DNA of 62,023 nucleotides, filler included, from Bonamia ostreae (GCA_040357525.1; 27 parts of 27 records of this genome joined end to end with filler, not necessarily neighbours in it), one strand, 5' to 3'; positions 24,383 to 39,106 are shown, counted from the whole stretch's first letter. Notes: generated by a model from the sequence alone, not told the origin. Numbers and translations: made by a program.

Positions 24383-24847
24383 CGATTTGCGTTTAAAATA
24401 TACCACTTTAACAATATAAATTTTTTCTTGTAAACTAACCATTTTTCACCTTTCGCAAAACTTGAATTTTTAATGCGATTTTGCCATTTTAACGTACATT
24501 TTTAGACTATTCATTTTTCCAGATCAAAAATTAAAATTTTTAAGTTTCTCGAAGTCTTTCTTTAAAATTTTTATGATTCTGTAAATTTTAATTTCTTGAA
24601 ATTTTATGGTGGCGGTGTTGCGACGCACAACCTCAGCCGAAGATTTTATAAATTTGAACGTGCAACCATTCAATTATTTTTAATTAGAAAAATTGAAAAA
24701 ATGGTGATCAATTATTTTTAACTCTACTTTTACAAAAATTCTCCATTTTTACACTAATTTTATTAATTTAGTAAAATTGGTCATAGAAAACTTAAGTGGT
24801 TTGGAAAGTTTTATAAAATCAAGATAAAATTATTTTATAAAAACAAA

Positions 24848-25310
24848 ATGACAAAAAGAAATAACAACAAACAAACTGTAAACGGTCTTTCTACTTCAAG
24901 AGGCGATTCTTCGAATTTGGGCCATTCGATCACAATAGACGACAACAGCGCGATTTCAAGTCAACCATACGGCGCCTCTTCGTTCAACAGAAAATCACAG
25001 CACGAGGAAAATCGGTATCAAAACCAGCCATTAAACAATGTACAAAATGGAGGCCAATATTACAATAGCACAGACGAAAAAGGATATTTCGATCCATTAA
25101 TCCAAAATAAAAACAACAACTTTTACTCGAATCCGAATAATGGGAACCCTCTCGATAATAATATCGGTTTTAACAGATCCAAACCAGTAAACTTTCCAAA
25201 TTTTCAGTACCAAAACCAAAATCAGCAAACTGTACTAACTCAGAATTCTGGAAATGGACACATTGATTTTTCCTATCAATCTTTAAATTCCGGTGTGCGT
25301 GGCCAAAATA
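24848..25310 (+). CDS. N/Q-rich N-terminus of an unknown protein
   Basis: Open frame from ATG to the contig end, low complexity. Confidence 0.65.
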
Positions 25311-25464
25311 NNNNNNNNNNNNNNNNNNNNNNNNNNNNNNNNNNNNNNNNNNNNTTAATTAATTAANNNNNNNNNNNNNNNNNNNNNNNNNNNNNNNNNN
25401 NNNNNNNNNNGATTGGTTTTATTTGATATTATTTTGCAAAATTTACACAAAAATGTCGATATTT

Positions 25465-27034
25465 TTATTTATGATCATGGCCCATAAAATGCAATATTAA
25501 GAATATAATAATGAATCCGACAGCAAAACAAAAGAACAGAACGCTGCCTTCAATGAATTTCTGCCACAAAGTTTTTTCGACCACGTTGTTCTTAGTGACT
25601 TGCATCTCTTTGCCGTGAGTGCCGTGCTCCGCGTGAATCAGCAACGGCAACAGGTCAGCCAGCAATAGATAGATGAACAGGCCATTGGCAATGAAGATTA
25701 TAGCCGGAATGGCCACCGAGTCAGAAAACTTTGTTCCTAGGAACACGAACAATATTCCTCCCGGAACAATTGTTGTCGCTCCGACTACACACGCCAAAAT
25801 AGATCCTCTTTTGTTCATTCCAGACGCGACGTATATCGAGTACGCGCCCAAATTCTTTATTTTTAAAAGTGCACTTGTAACAATAAAATTTTTGCTTTGA
25901 GCAAATCAACTCGATTAATATTTTCTGAAAATAAAATTTTTGCTTTGNNNNNNNNNNNNNNNNNNNNNNNNNNNNNNNNNNNNNNNNNNNNNNNNNNNNN
26001 NNNNNNNNNNNNNNNNNNNNNNNNNNNNNNNNNNNNNNNNNNNNNNNAACAAATCAACTCGCAAAAATATTTTCTGAAAATAAAATTTTTGCTTTGAACA
26101 AATCAACTCGCAAAAATATTTTCTGAAAATAAAATTTTTGCTTTGAACAAAGAGTTTAAAAAACCGCAGATATCTCATGCGCAGCAACACTGATGGCCCC
26201 TCCGACGCCACTGGTCAAACTGATCGAAAAAAGAGACCCGATTATAATTCCATCGACCAGATGATGCAACAACTTGGCGCAGACATCAATCGCGACGATC
26301 GCAGGAATGTTGCGCATAAAATAAGCGAACTTTGTTCGCTTTTTGACTTTCTCGTTTTCCCGTTTTGCGGAAATCCTCGACTTCAATATGCGCGAGGCTT
26401 CCGTGCTCCCTCCTGGAGTCTCTTCACAGTCGTCTCCACAGCCCCTGTGCCCGTGCGAGTGTCCACCGGATGTGAAGTGCACCAAAGTCTCTAAGAAGAA
26501 AGCCAACAGAATCCCCGAAAAAATGAGCCAGCTGAACATGTGGATCGAGTCGTCTTGAGCATGCCCTTTTTCCTTTTGTTTTATTTAAAGCTTGCGATAC
26601 ATTCAGCAATTATCGGACTTTGAAAGCGTTTGCTGTAGCGATTTGTCGCAACAACTTCCGCCAACAAAACTTTCAGAGTTTAACCGAATGAAGCAAAAAT
26701 AAGACAAACGATGAAGTCGAAAGCGAGGTCGAGAGAATGGGGCAACAACTCGTAGAAGAGAGTGCAAGTGAGACTGCCGATGCAGAAGGCGATCAGCTTT
26801 CGGTTGTGTTTCCGGACGAAACACTTCGGGATGACAGAGCCAACCAGGGAAACCATCCAAACCTAAAATCTCGAAGTAAACGATTATCAGCGCGGAGACC
26901 AGAGCGACCCAGAAAACGGTGTTTCTGGGCGCGACGGAATGAGAGTGGTCGTGTAAAGTCGGGCTGTGGTCGCCGGCACAAGAACAAAGTTTTATTATGA
27001 GCAAGTGCAGCAATGCGTGTGAGATTATGCGCAT
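25465..27034 (-). CDS. ZIP (SLC39, LIV-1-like) metal transporter with signal peptide, spliced
   Basis: Signal peptide, His-rich HDHSHS and HSHGH loops, TM4 HHLVDG, TM5 HEISA|NLGAY, and GLFIYLLLADLLP. Confidence 0.85.
25880..26150. repeat. 49-nt minisatellite inside the ZIP intron (25855-26164), spanning an assembly gap
   Basis: AACAAATCAACTCGCAAAAATATTTTCTGAAAATAAAATTTTTGCTTTG starts at 26048 and 26097. Confidence 0.9.
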
Positions 27035-27254
27035 TACGGCTTAGCTTTTAAAATTTAGTTGTGGGAAAGTTTTAGTTTGGGCGATTACAGTTTTCTGGTA
27101 TATCGATTTATTAAACGCAATTTCTTAATTGCGATTTTTCTACAAGTTCGTTTTATAATGTAAAAAACGATATCATTATGTCGATTTTAAGCTATTTGCA
27201 AAGCTTAAACCGATTGGATTATATTGAATTCTGTTTAAAATTGGCTAAATTTAA

Positions 27255-27611
27255 ATGTCGTCAACAAGAGCAAGTTCCCAAAAGCGGACGAATTCATCGG
27301 AGGAGCGAGGAAAAAGGAGTTTGAGCGACGAAGGCGAAGTCAAATCTGTTCGCTCTCGTTCGCGTCGGCGCAAGAATTCCAGTTTCAGCAGTCGTTCTCG
27401 TTCCAAACACAATTCCAGAATCGGTGTCGACGAGCGCAGCGCTCACCGCAACGCTCAACGCGAACTTTATAAAACGAAGCTTTGCGAATATTATCCTCGT
27501 TGTCCAGACGGCGACAAATGTAATTTTGCGCATTCAAAAGAAGAAATTAGAAAATCTGTTTTTCAACATTTTTTATTCGTCAAAAAAACAATTTTTATTT
27601 GTCAAAAATAA
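27255..27611 (+). CDS. RS-rich CCCH zinc-finger RNA-binding protein, N-terminus
   Basis: YKTKLCEYYPRCPDGDKCNFAHSKEE preceded by an RSRSRR tract. Confidence 0.8.
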   Translation: MSSTRASSQKRTNSSEERGKRSLSDEGEVKSVRSRSRRRKNSSFSSRSRSKHNSRIGVDERSAHRNAQRELYKTKLCEYYPRCPDGDKCNFAHSKEEIRKSVFQHFLFVKKTIFICQK

Positions 27612-27711
27612 NNNNNNNNNNNNNNNNNNNNNNNNNNNNNNNNNNNNNNNNNNNNTTAATTAATTAANNNNNNNNNNNNNNNNNNNNNNNNNNNNNNNNN
27701 NNNNNNNNNNN

Positions 27712-28907
27712 ACCCTTTAGAAATAGGAAAAAGGGCTTCGATATTAATGCAAAACGAAAAATTATCTCAAAACGACGCTTCTTTTCTTTTAAGGACAATT
27801 TCCTCAATGTGGAAAGACCAAGTTCCAATCAAAGACGCTTGGAATTGCGTTAAAGACATTTCAAAGAAAATCGCAAATTCGAGAGACGCCAAAAACCCAT
27901 TAAATAAAAGCGCTGACGATATTCTCGAATCCAAACAAATTTCCCTTCAAAAGCCAAATTATCAAGTTTTAGACAAACCTTCGCCGGAAAAACCAAAAAT
28001 CACTGACAACAGACTTTCACCTGAAAAAAGCGAGACGGTTTTGCAAAATGGCGATTTCAGCGAATACTCGATTTCACAAGAAGAATATTATGACGAAAGC
28101 GATGAAAACGATATCAATGGACGATATGATTTTTCGATTTCAATGGACAGAGACCAAAATTCGGACAGTTCTAACGATATTCGAAAAGTTAAAATTTTAA
28201 AAATTCGGCTCTTAAAAATTTTGACGATAATTGAAATGCGCTATTTCTTTTATAATTTAAAGGACGATTCTGAAGAATCTGAAGGAGATTCTCCCGGCTT
28301 AAATTTGGCTGAACATGATGAAAACAAACCAACGATCAACGTCTCTGCTTTTAGACGAATTCTCAGAAATAATCTTTACGACGTCAATAGAGACGACCGA
28401 AACCAAGACGAAATTCTAGAAGGTTTTCGAACGATTTGTAATCGCCATTAAAATAATAGCTTTTAATCAAATCGGTCTTTGTATGTTAAGGCTTTCTGAT
28501 ATATTTTATTGTTACACAAATTTTTAAAAATATCGATACATTTTGTATTCGAATGTCTTTATTAATTTGATCTTTTCTAATTTTTAAATGTACATATAAT
28601 TTAAGCTCTAAAAGATGAAAATAAAATCGGATCAAAATTTGATTCGAAAATGAGAAAAATATTTGACACGCCCAAAAATTACGAGTCGATGTCAAACGAT
28701 AACGAACCAGTTGGTACCACAGAAGAGACAGAATGCAGAAGATGTACATACTCATTTCCTTTAACAGACAAAAACTGCCCAATGTGCGGGGCGGCCAAAA
28801 ATTATGAGGAACCCGAATTGTGGCGTTGCGCGCGCTGCAACTCGGAAAATGGCTTTAAAGGAAAAAATAAGTTGTTCTGCGAGTTCTGTTATTCCAAAGA
28901 GACGTAA
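27712..28907 (+). CDS. Acidic protein with C-terminal tandem RanBP2-type zinc fingers, spliced
   Basis: ECRRCTYS..CPMCG and WRCARCNSEN..CEFC. Confidence 0.65.
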
Positions 28908-29094
28908 ATTTAGTAAAAATATAACAATTTTTTTCAAACTTTTTATAAAGATTTTTTGATTGCACCAAAATTTAACTAATAACAATTATTGCAATTTTAG
29001 ATCAATTCGACAATTTTTCAATTTTATCATTTGCAATTTTTAAAAAATAAAAATTATTTTATATTAAACGAAAAAAGAGCACAAATTAAAAAAT

Positions 29095-29912
29095 TTAATC
29101 GTTTAGAATAAAATCCCATTCACTGTTTTTTCCGATCATTTTTACAAATTGGAAAAGTTTGTCATCGGCGAGCCCAACAATGGCGCAATAAGCCGCATGG
29201 TACTTTGTGTAAAAGTTTGTAGTGTTGACCCAACCGCCCTTTCTGAACCTCTTCCCTCTTTTCACCGATCCGATCAAATAATTGACGCCCAATTTTATCA
29301 AATTTGAATTTTCAGGGACATTAAATATTCTCAAACACTTTTTAAACAATCAACAAAAATTATTTTTGTTGTAAAGAACAGAAATGATTTTAATAATTCA
29401 ACCTGCAAAAACTCTCCGACGAGTTCCGGATCTTTAAGTTCTACAACAACTCGCAAATTGACGACCAAAAAAAGGAATTCCTATTTATTAGATTTAGCCA
29501 AAAATAACTTCTGTCATAATTCGATAATCGACTCTGTTCCTGCCCCAACTGCTTTTTTCGACGCCGTTCGAAACTATGAAAACCAAATGAGTCACCAAAT
29601 AACACTGTTTCTTAAACAAAATTTCGCCCAAAACCCGTTTACCTTTTTAAAGATTTTATAACTCGAAAGCTAAAATTGTGTAATCAGTTCGGTGAAAATT
29701 ATGTCGATAATTTCAAAAAATTTTCTAAAATTGTTTGAAAAATTTCAAATGAAATTTGTCTAAAATTTTTTTTATCAGTTCGCAAAAGATGAATTTTAAT
29801 AACTTCTGTAAGGTCGGACAAAAGTTTTGACGATTTTTAGGACGTCGAATAAACGCGCTTTTAGTCCTTTCGAAACGAAAGGGATTTCGAGATCCCCAAA
29901 AACGCTCAACCA
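29095..29912 (-). CDS. Hypothetical protein, C-terminal exons
   Basis: Coding-like exons ending GGWVNTTNFYTKYHAAYCAIVGL; family not recognised. Confidence 0.5.
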
Positions 29913-30012
29913 NNNNNNNNNNNNNNNNNNNNNNNNNNNNNNNNNNNNNNNNNNNNTTAATTAATTAANNNNNNNNNNNNNNNNNNNNNNNNNNNNNNNN
30001 NNNNNNNNNNNN

Positions 30013-31836
<1,824 letters not shown>

Positions 31837-32027
31837 TTTTATGTGTTGTTTGGCTAAATCGAATTCGAATGAGAAGTTTTATATGGGAATAATATTAGTT
31901 CTGTTTATGATGATTTTGGTTGATTTGTTTGACGGAATTACTATTTTCGTCGTTAATTTTAAGAAATTGTAGTTTTTGTTAATGATTCGTCGTCTTGTCA
32001 AATTATTTTTGGAGGTTCGATTTTTTT

Positions 32028-32212
32028 ACAAAATTAATTGTCAATTTGATGATTTGCGAAAATTCATTTTATCGACAAAATTAATTGTCAATTTGATGAT
32101 TTGCGAAAAGTCATTTTATCGACAAAATTAATTGTCAATTTGATGATTTGCGAAAAGTCATTTTATCGACAAAATTAATTGTCAATTTGATGATTTGCGA
32201 AAAGTCATTTTA
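32028..32212. repeat. 47-nt tandem repeat, about 4 copies, at contig end
   Basis: ACAAAATTAATTGTCAATTTGATGATTTGCGAAAAGTCATTTTATCG starts at 32028, 32075, 32122 and 32169. Confidence 0.95.
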
Positions 32213-32312
32213 NNNNNNNNNNNNNNNNNNNNNNNNNNNNNNNNNNNNNNNNNNNNTTAATTAATTAANNNNNNNNNNNNNNNNNNNNNNNNNNNNNNNN
32301 NNNNNNNNNNNN

Positions 32313-33014
32313 ACTCCAGTTTCCCCTTTTTTGTACGCGAACGAAACTGTTATCGCCCTGTTGCACAAAAATTGCCCGTTCATGTTTCTCAGAGCTAAAA
32401 TTACAAAATTAATTTTTGATTTTACTAATTAACACAACAGCAAAATTTGAAAACCGTTATCGGCGCTATTGAAGTCATTAAAATTGACGAAACCAAATCC
32501 TTTTGAACCACCTTCTGTCTCGTCGTACATTACTTTCGCAGCAACAACTTGTCCGAAAGCACTGAATGTCGTGTACAAAAGCTGAAATTCGCGATAAAAG
32601 AACCTGTTCGTCGACATCCGGATCGAGATTGCCGATGAAAAGGTTTGCACCGATGTCTTGTTCGCCCTGTTCTCTGGTGGCCTTGTTGATTTTGAGCGTC
32701 TTGCCGATTAGTCTGATCATGTTTAAGATTTTCATGGCGTAGTCTGCGTCAGCTTCGCTTCGGAACTCGACGAAAGCGAAGCCTTGATGCGTCCCCGTCA
32801 CTTTGTCGCGGGGGAAATTGACGCTCATGACAGGACCCGCTTGAAGCATCAGTTCTACTAATAACTCCTCATCCACTTCTGAATCTAAGTTGCCGACCCA
32901 TACCTTAAATATCGGGGTTTGCGGTTTAAGTGTTTACATAAAGTTTTAAAGAAATTGAGCTTAAATGGAAACTGTGGCTTCTTGGTTTCTGTCTGCGAAT
33001 GTGTCTTGATACAT
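32313..33014 (-). CDS. SF3B4: U2 snRNP SF3b subunit 4 (SAP49)
   Basis: DRNQEAT, ELMLQAGPV..PRDKVTGTHQGFAFVEF, DIGANLFIGNLDPDVDEQ, MNGQFLCNRAITVSFAYKK. Confidence 0.95.
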
Positions 33015-33341
33015 TTAGAGTTCTTGATGCAGTGTGGCTAATTTTTAAGATTAGTGTTATAATGCTAAAACTAATATTAAAAAAGAACTGTAAAACAAAT
33101 CTTATCTAGAAATGGTTAAATTGCTAAAACTAATATTTTTACGCTAAAACAAAGCGTTATTTTGCATTGTTGCAAAAATTTTAATTTCCAAATTGTAACA
33201 TTGTTGTAAAAATAGTTCTAACTACTTTAGCGGGGGACAAGTTCTTGGTATCTCTAAAATATTTGCTATGTTTTAATGGATAGAATGCAAAAAAAAATAT
33301 TTTTTGGTGGCAAAAATGACAAAATTAAAAATGGCAAAAAA

Positions 33342-33800
33342 TTATATTTCGTTCTTATCCGCAGAATTTAATTTAGAGCCTGAAGCCAAATTGGCTCTAA
33401 ACTCGCTGAAATCTCTTTCTAATATTTTTGTCTTGTTGACATTTTCGTTTATTTTCGTGACCAATTTTTTCCTTAATTTTGCTTTAAAAACATTTCTGTT
33501 TCTATAAAATTTATTCTCTTCTCGAGATTCTCAACTGAGACGTCTTCGTCTTGTTTCACCAAAACAGCGCCATCTAAATTATTAAAAAATTAGACATTGT
33601 TTGTAAATAGCTTTATGTTTATTCAATTTGATTTCTCGCATTGCCAATTTGTTTTCTGATATGATATGTTCGTATTCGTTTATGCTTTCTTCTTGGTTTT
33701 TTAGTACACTTTTATAATTCAAATTTTAGCTTTATTTAAACAGTTTTTGTTGTAAAATTTCATCATATTTTTTGATCAATTTATTTTGTTTTGTAGCCAT
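33342..33800 (-). CDS. PFDN6: Prefoldin subunit 6, 4 exons; absent from the ORF track
   Basis: Spliced ISENKLAMREI...IYKQYGAVLVKQD...NLEKRINFIETEM. Introns include 33472-33491 and 33574-33595. Confidence 0.8.
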
Positions 33801-33889
33801 TTGGCTAAATATTCAGCTGATGATTTTTATATAAAACTCTAATATTTAAATTAAAGCTTGAGATAGATTGAAAATTTGCTTTTTTATAA

Positions 33890-34075
33890 ATGGTCGACAT
33901 ATGCCAAAAATTCGCTTGCAAAATACAAGATTGCCTTAACAAAAACAAATCGAAAAGCGAAAATTGCGAAAAGGAAATTGACGCTTTTTATGAATGCTGC
34001 GCTCTTAACAAGTCGAAAATGTGTTCGAAGAATGATAAAAGGTATCAGAAAAAATTGGCTGAATTAAATATGTAG
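33890..34075 (+). CDS. CMC4: Twin CX9C mitochondrial intermembrane-space protein
   Basis: DICQKFACKIQDCL...CEKEIDAFYECC matches the CMC4 cysteine spacing. Confidence 0.8.
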   Translation: MVDICQKFACKIQDCLNKNKSKSENCEKEIDAFYECCALNKSKMCSKNDKRYQKKLAELNM

Positions 34076-34107
34076 TTTTTCGTCATAATTTGCAAATCTT
34101 TAAATTT

Positions 34108-34354
34108 TTACAAAATGGCTTCTCCAATCCGTGTTCCCATTCTCAAGTAAACCTCCATTGGATCGTCAACCATTGTTTTCTTTAACAAGTCGTCGTCCAA
34201 TTCAACGCGCCCTTTTTCAAACAAAAGTAGAATGGTCGATCCCCCAAATCTAAATTCGCCGTGAACTTGTCCCTTTTTGAACTTCATATCACATTCCAAT
34301 CGACTTCCATTATACTCGGCCAAATCCAATTCTTGTTCTTTGCCGTCAAATATT
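34108..34354 (-). CDS. Phosphatidylserine decarboxylase, last exon
   Basis: KKGQVHGEFRFGGSTILLLFEK contains the GST self-cleavage motif. Confidence 0.88.
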
Positions 34355-34654
34355 CTTTAAATTTTCAATGATTGAAATTAATTTGATTCCATGACAAAAA
34401 AGATATTGTTGATTTATCAAAAATTTTGATGCAATTCTTCACTAAAATATTCATTTTTGCAAAACTGTTCGATTTAATTGTAATTAGAACTTGCAATAAA
34501 TCTTATCTAGANNNNNNNNNNNNNNNNNNNNNNNNNNNNNNNNNNNNNNNNNNNNTTAATTAATTAANNNNNNNNNNNNNNNNNNNNNNNNNNNNNNNNN
34601 NNNNNNNNNNNTAATAAATAACAAAAATAATAAATATAAAATTTGCTTTTTAGA

Positions 34655-36577
34655 TATTAAATATTAACATAAATAAAAATTGAATTCAAGTTTTTGGAAC
34701 GTAATATAAAAATTTGCTAAAAAACCAAGTTTTCTAATTTCCGCTTCAAATCTTTTTTCTAACATGTTTAAGGAACAGACACCATTTATATCAAAATTCG
34801 TCTTGAGAAAATTTAATGCTTCGTTCTTAGCAAATAATGTTATCAATCACAATATAAACTTGTGCACTTTTAAACTCAGCGCTTAAAAAATCCGCAAAAT
34901 GTAAATCCAATTCGTCGTTTTCACTGCCTTTTCCCGCTAAAACGCGTTTCGATCTTCAATTTTTAGATTATTGCCAAAAATGACCAAATCAACAATATTT
35001 TAAAATATTTTTTCGTCAAATAATAACATTACGTACAATTTGCTCAAAAGATATTTTTGCTGTTCAACAAACTCAAAATCGATAAAACCACCCAGATTTT
35101 TAAGTGTCCATTTTTTGTTTAAAGAGTCAAATTTTGAAATTTCGCTCAAAATAGCTAAAGATTTGTCATCTTTAAGATTGGCTACCAAATCCCAATTGCT
35201 TTTATAAATAGAGCCATCTGGGCTATAGCCAAACATTGCAATTAATAAATCTCGTGCGAAACGGCATCTTTTTTGGATATCACCGTAGATTAGTTTGCTT
35301 CTCGCAACCCAAACGCCATGTAGATAAAAAGCGTTTTTAAAGAGAAGACTTTGCAATTGCTTCACCTTCTTTTCATCATTTTCTTCAATTTTTAATATTT
35401 TCGATATTTCCATTAATGTGCTTGTTCCCCCTTTTAACGTTAATTTTTTGCTATTAAATTTTTGTTTATTACAAATCGTCACAAATATTGATATATTTTT
35501 CATATTGTGCAAAATCAGCAAAATTGTTTATTGCGAAAATATCGTTTTCAAATTAGTCGAATCGACAAAATAACTAAAATAACTAAAATAATAAAAATTG
35601 TATATTTTCAACGTTCATTTGCAATTTTTCTAAAAATTGCAAAATCGTCTTTAAATTCGCAAAATTTTTAGAAAAATAACTAAAATTTGCAATTAATTAT
35701 TTTATTAAAAACGATTTTTAAGAATCGCAATAATTTTGTTTTCCAAATTTAGAGCATTACTTTGTATGTAAAATTTAGAAAGGTTTTTCCTAACAAAATT
35801 TGGATTTTTTGGAACGATGTTTTTCTTTTTATTACTTTCATTTCCTTTAAATTACTTTTTAAACTAATTATATCCACAAAATTGCTGTTTTTGACCATTT
35901 TTTGTATTGCGAAACTCTCTTTTTCCAGTAATTGGTTTATTAAATTTGGTTTTGTTTCTGTTAGTGTAACAAACTTTTCTTGTTGTGACGCGTTTAAGTT
36001 GTCTTTAAAAGCAACAAATTTTGCCATGTTACTGGTTTTGTTATCTCGCCTTAGTTTCTGCACGATTGTTATCATTTTAAGATTTTCTTCACTTTTTTTA
36101 TTCGATTTTGCCGATTTTTCCAATTTTTCATTTTTCGCCAATTCGTTGATGTAACTAAAATCGGGTGACATCATGAAAATGTGCTTCACGGGTGTTAAGA
36201 CCATTTTCCCTTGAATATTGCAAAAAGTTTACCGTTTATAACATTGAAAAGAGCGTAATTTGGTCTGTTTGGGATGTTTCTGGAAACCAGAATCAATTTA
36301 TCTCGCGGAAAAGAGTTTTCTGGATTGAAATGTTGAATTTCTGTATTCGTGTTAAGGCAAATTTCAAGCTTTAAACTTTTCTTTTTGATTTTCACGGATT
36401 CGAGTTTAAAAATGTTCTGATTTTTCAAAAACAAACTTTTTCTGAAAGATAAGGCCGGTCATTATTGCGAAGATGGAATTTTAACAAACAGATTGATTTT
36501 TTAACCGGTTTGTTAATAATGACCGGAATACGTTTGACAATCAACGAATAGTCAATTTCTGTTTGTTTTTCGGACAT
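34655..36577 (-). CDS. POLR3E: RNA polymerase III subunit RPC5 (Sin-like), spliced; 3' end approximate
   Basis: IVKRIPV, NYAL..NG|KMVLTPVKHIFMMSPDFSYIN, LHGVWVARSKLIY and ARDLLIAMF. Confidence 0.8.
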
Positions 36578-36909
36578 TCTTTGTGTTGGCTAATTATTTT
36601 ATATGGAATATTTAATTGTTCATTTTTTTTAAATTGGATTCAAAAATCTTGAAAATTTGTTCGTCATTTTTAAAGATAAATTTTTAACGTTAAAAATAAA
36701 ATATTTAGAATTTTTATCAAAGACGGAGTGGCGAATTTTGAATAAACTTAATTTTAAAAAATTAATTTGTTTCTAAAAAGTGTCAAAATTAAAAATTAAA
36801 TTAAAAATTNNNNNNNNNNNNNNNNNNNNNNNNNNNNNNNNNNNNNNNNNNNNTTAATTAATTAANNNNNNNNNNNNNNNNNNNNNNNNNNNNNNNNNNN
36901 NNNNNNNNN

Positions 36910-37152
36910 GGGTAATGGCTGGGTAGACGCATGTGATTGTTGAGCAGTTGCGGGTAATGGCTGGGTAGACGCATGTGATTGCTGAACAGTTGCGGGTAAT
37001 GGCTGGGTAGACGCATGTGATTGTTGAGCAGTTGCGGGTAATGGCTGGGTAGACGCATGTGATTGCTGAACAGTTGCGGGTAATGGCTGGGTAGACGCAT
37101 GTGATTGTTGAGCAGTTGCGGGTAATGGCTGGATAGGCGCATGTGATTGTTG
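36910..37152. repeat. Coding 42-nt tandem repeat (QQSHASTQPLPAT[A/V]) with 84-nt higher-order alternation
   Basis: Units start at 36910, 36952 and onward, alternating TTGAGCAG and CTGAACAG. Confidence 0.95.
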
Positions 37153-39106
37153 ATTAGGTCGCTTGATTGGTGGCGATTCATCGTTGTCTTTCATCTTTCT
37201 CACCTTAACATCATTACTGTCGTCTGCGTCACCATCCAAAGGTCGCTTATTAGTTTCTATATTCTCACCATTCATTATTACATCTTCCGATGTGGCACTC
37301 GGTGTAAAGATTGGTGTACCGATTAAAGGAGTAGCATTCGACTCTTGAGTAGACGATGAATCAGTTACCATTTTTAAAAGGTCAGGATCGATGATTATCG
37401 GTGCAGCCGATGGAATATTGCTCGATGTGATCACGACCGGTGCAGTGGGAGACGATGGTATGGTGACCGATGCAGTGGGAGATAATGGGATGGTGACCGG
37501 TGTGTTGGTGGTCGATGTGTTGGTGGTCGATGTGTTGGTGGCAGATGTATTGGTGGCAGATGTACTAGTCGCCGAAGATACCGCGAGATCTGTACTCAAA
37601 GTGGTTGTTGGAACTTTGGGTGTAGCTGCAACGAACACAGACTCTTCTTCACCCATCAACTCGGGTGTTTCGACATGGTGTATTTGTCGGTTAACATCAT
37701 CTTGTACATCGTGCGTCTGATCCGCAGTGGTACTCGTAACATCTTTACGTACAGGTGATCTAGACCTACCGCTTTCCTTTTCAGTGTCGCGGTTATTCGG
37801 AGACCTAGATCTAGATCTAGATTTAACCCTAGATGTAGTCTTATATTCATCTTCGTCGGTAGACTCACTCTTACCACCACGATTACGTCTATTCTTATTA
37901 ACAACATTTCTATGCCTCTTAGTGGTTTTTGATTTATCTGACTGGTCACAATTCATAGCTTCCTCTTCACATTCATACTCTTCGAAGTCGATATCTTCAT
38001 CGTCACCTATACTGTCACCTGTAATATGGTCACCACTACCGTTTATAACACTTTTATCTGCACATTTGTATATATTCGTATCGTTCGTCGATGTATTTGT
38101 AGAAAGCGTCACACCTAATATATTGGTAAGCGCACCAAATATAGCTTCGACGTCTTTGGCCACTTCCATTGCCTCGGTCACCTTACCACCTAGTGATGTT
38201 GTATTAGATGTAATATTTTGCAGAGACTGGTTAGGACTTTGTTTCTCAGTTAACGTATCATCATCCGGTGCATAAGTACAGTCGGAACCGTTGAGATCTA
38301 CTCCTAAAGCGTTACCTACATAGAAAACGGAATCACTGGATTGTTGAGACGACATCGTACTTAGTGTATCAGTTTGTGAGTCACCACCCGCGTCGAGTAT
38401 ACGATTAAGAGCAACCGATGATAGCGTGTCATCACTGCTTTGATCTAAACTGGTACGGTCATCATCTGAATAAACCGATACTGTACTCGAATCTTGTTCT
38501 CCCAATTGCTGAGCTACCTGTGTATCAGGACAGGTATTACCAAACACATCATCCATACTTTCTTGTTGTCCATCTAATTCTGATGGGAACCTAGACAGAC
38601 TTTCTGCACAAATGACGATTGATGGGGTCGATTGGACGATCGAATCGTCATCTTTTGGAAACATATGGTGCGTAAATCGAGATGCATCTGGTCCAGAGTC
38701 GTCCCATCCAGAACCCCCGGCTTGTTGATGATCATGACCATTATAATTAGTGTTTTGAGAGGATTTGCTATTTTGTGAATCTAGCGAAAAATCAAGATCC
38801 GGTTGTTGCGAATCGGCCTGTTGTAAATTAGACTGTTGCGAATCGTATGCTACACGAAGTTCTGAGTCACTACGTATATTATCAGGATTCGAGATTCGAT
38901 CATTAAATTGTAGCGATTGTGAGCTTAGCGATACACCATCAATATCACCAGCTGAAAAATCTAATGAATTGGGTCCTTGATGCGATCCATCATCATCGAG
39001 CAATTTGTCATGAGCATCTTGATATTCTTCTTCAGGTTCATCTTCACTAACATCTACAGAAACAGCTATCGGCTGAGATTCTTGGTTTAGCGGTATTGTC
39101 GACTCG
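36910..39106 (-). CDS. Fragment of a large intronless disordered protein (frame open over the whole contig), origin uncertain
   Basis: No stop in 2197 nt. D/S/T/Q-rich, with RSRSRSP and a KRP..KVRKMK NLS-like motif. Composition differs from the parasite contigs. Confidence 0.8.
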
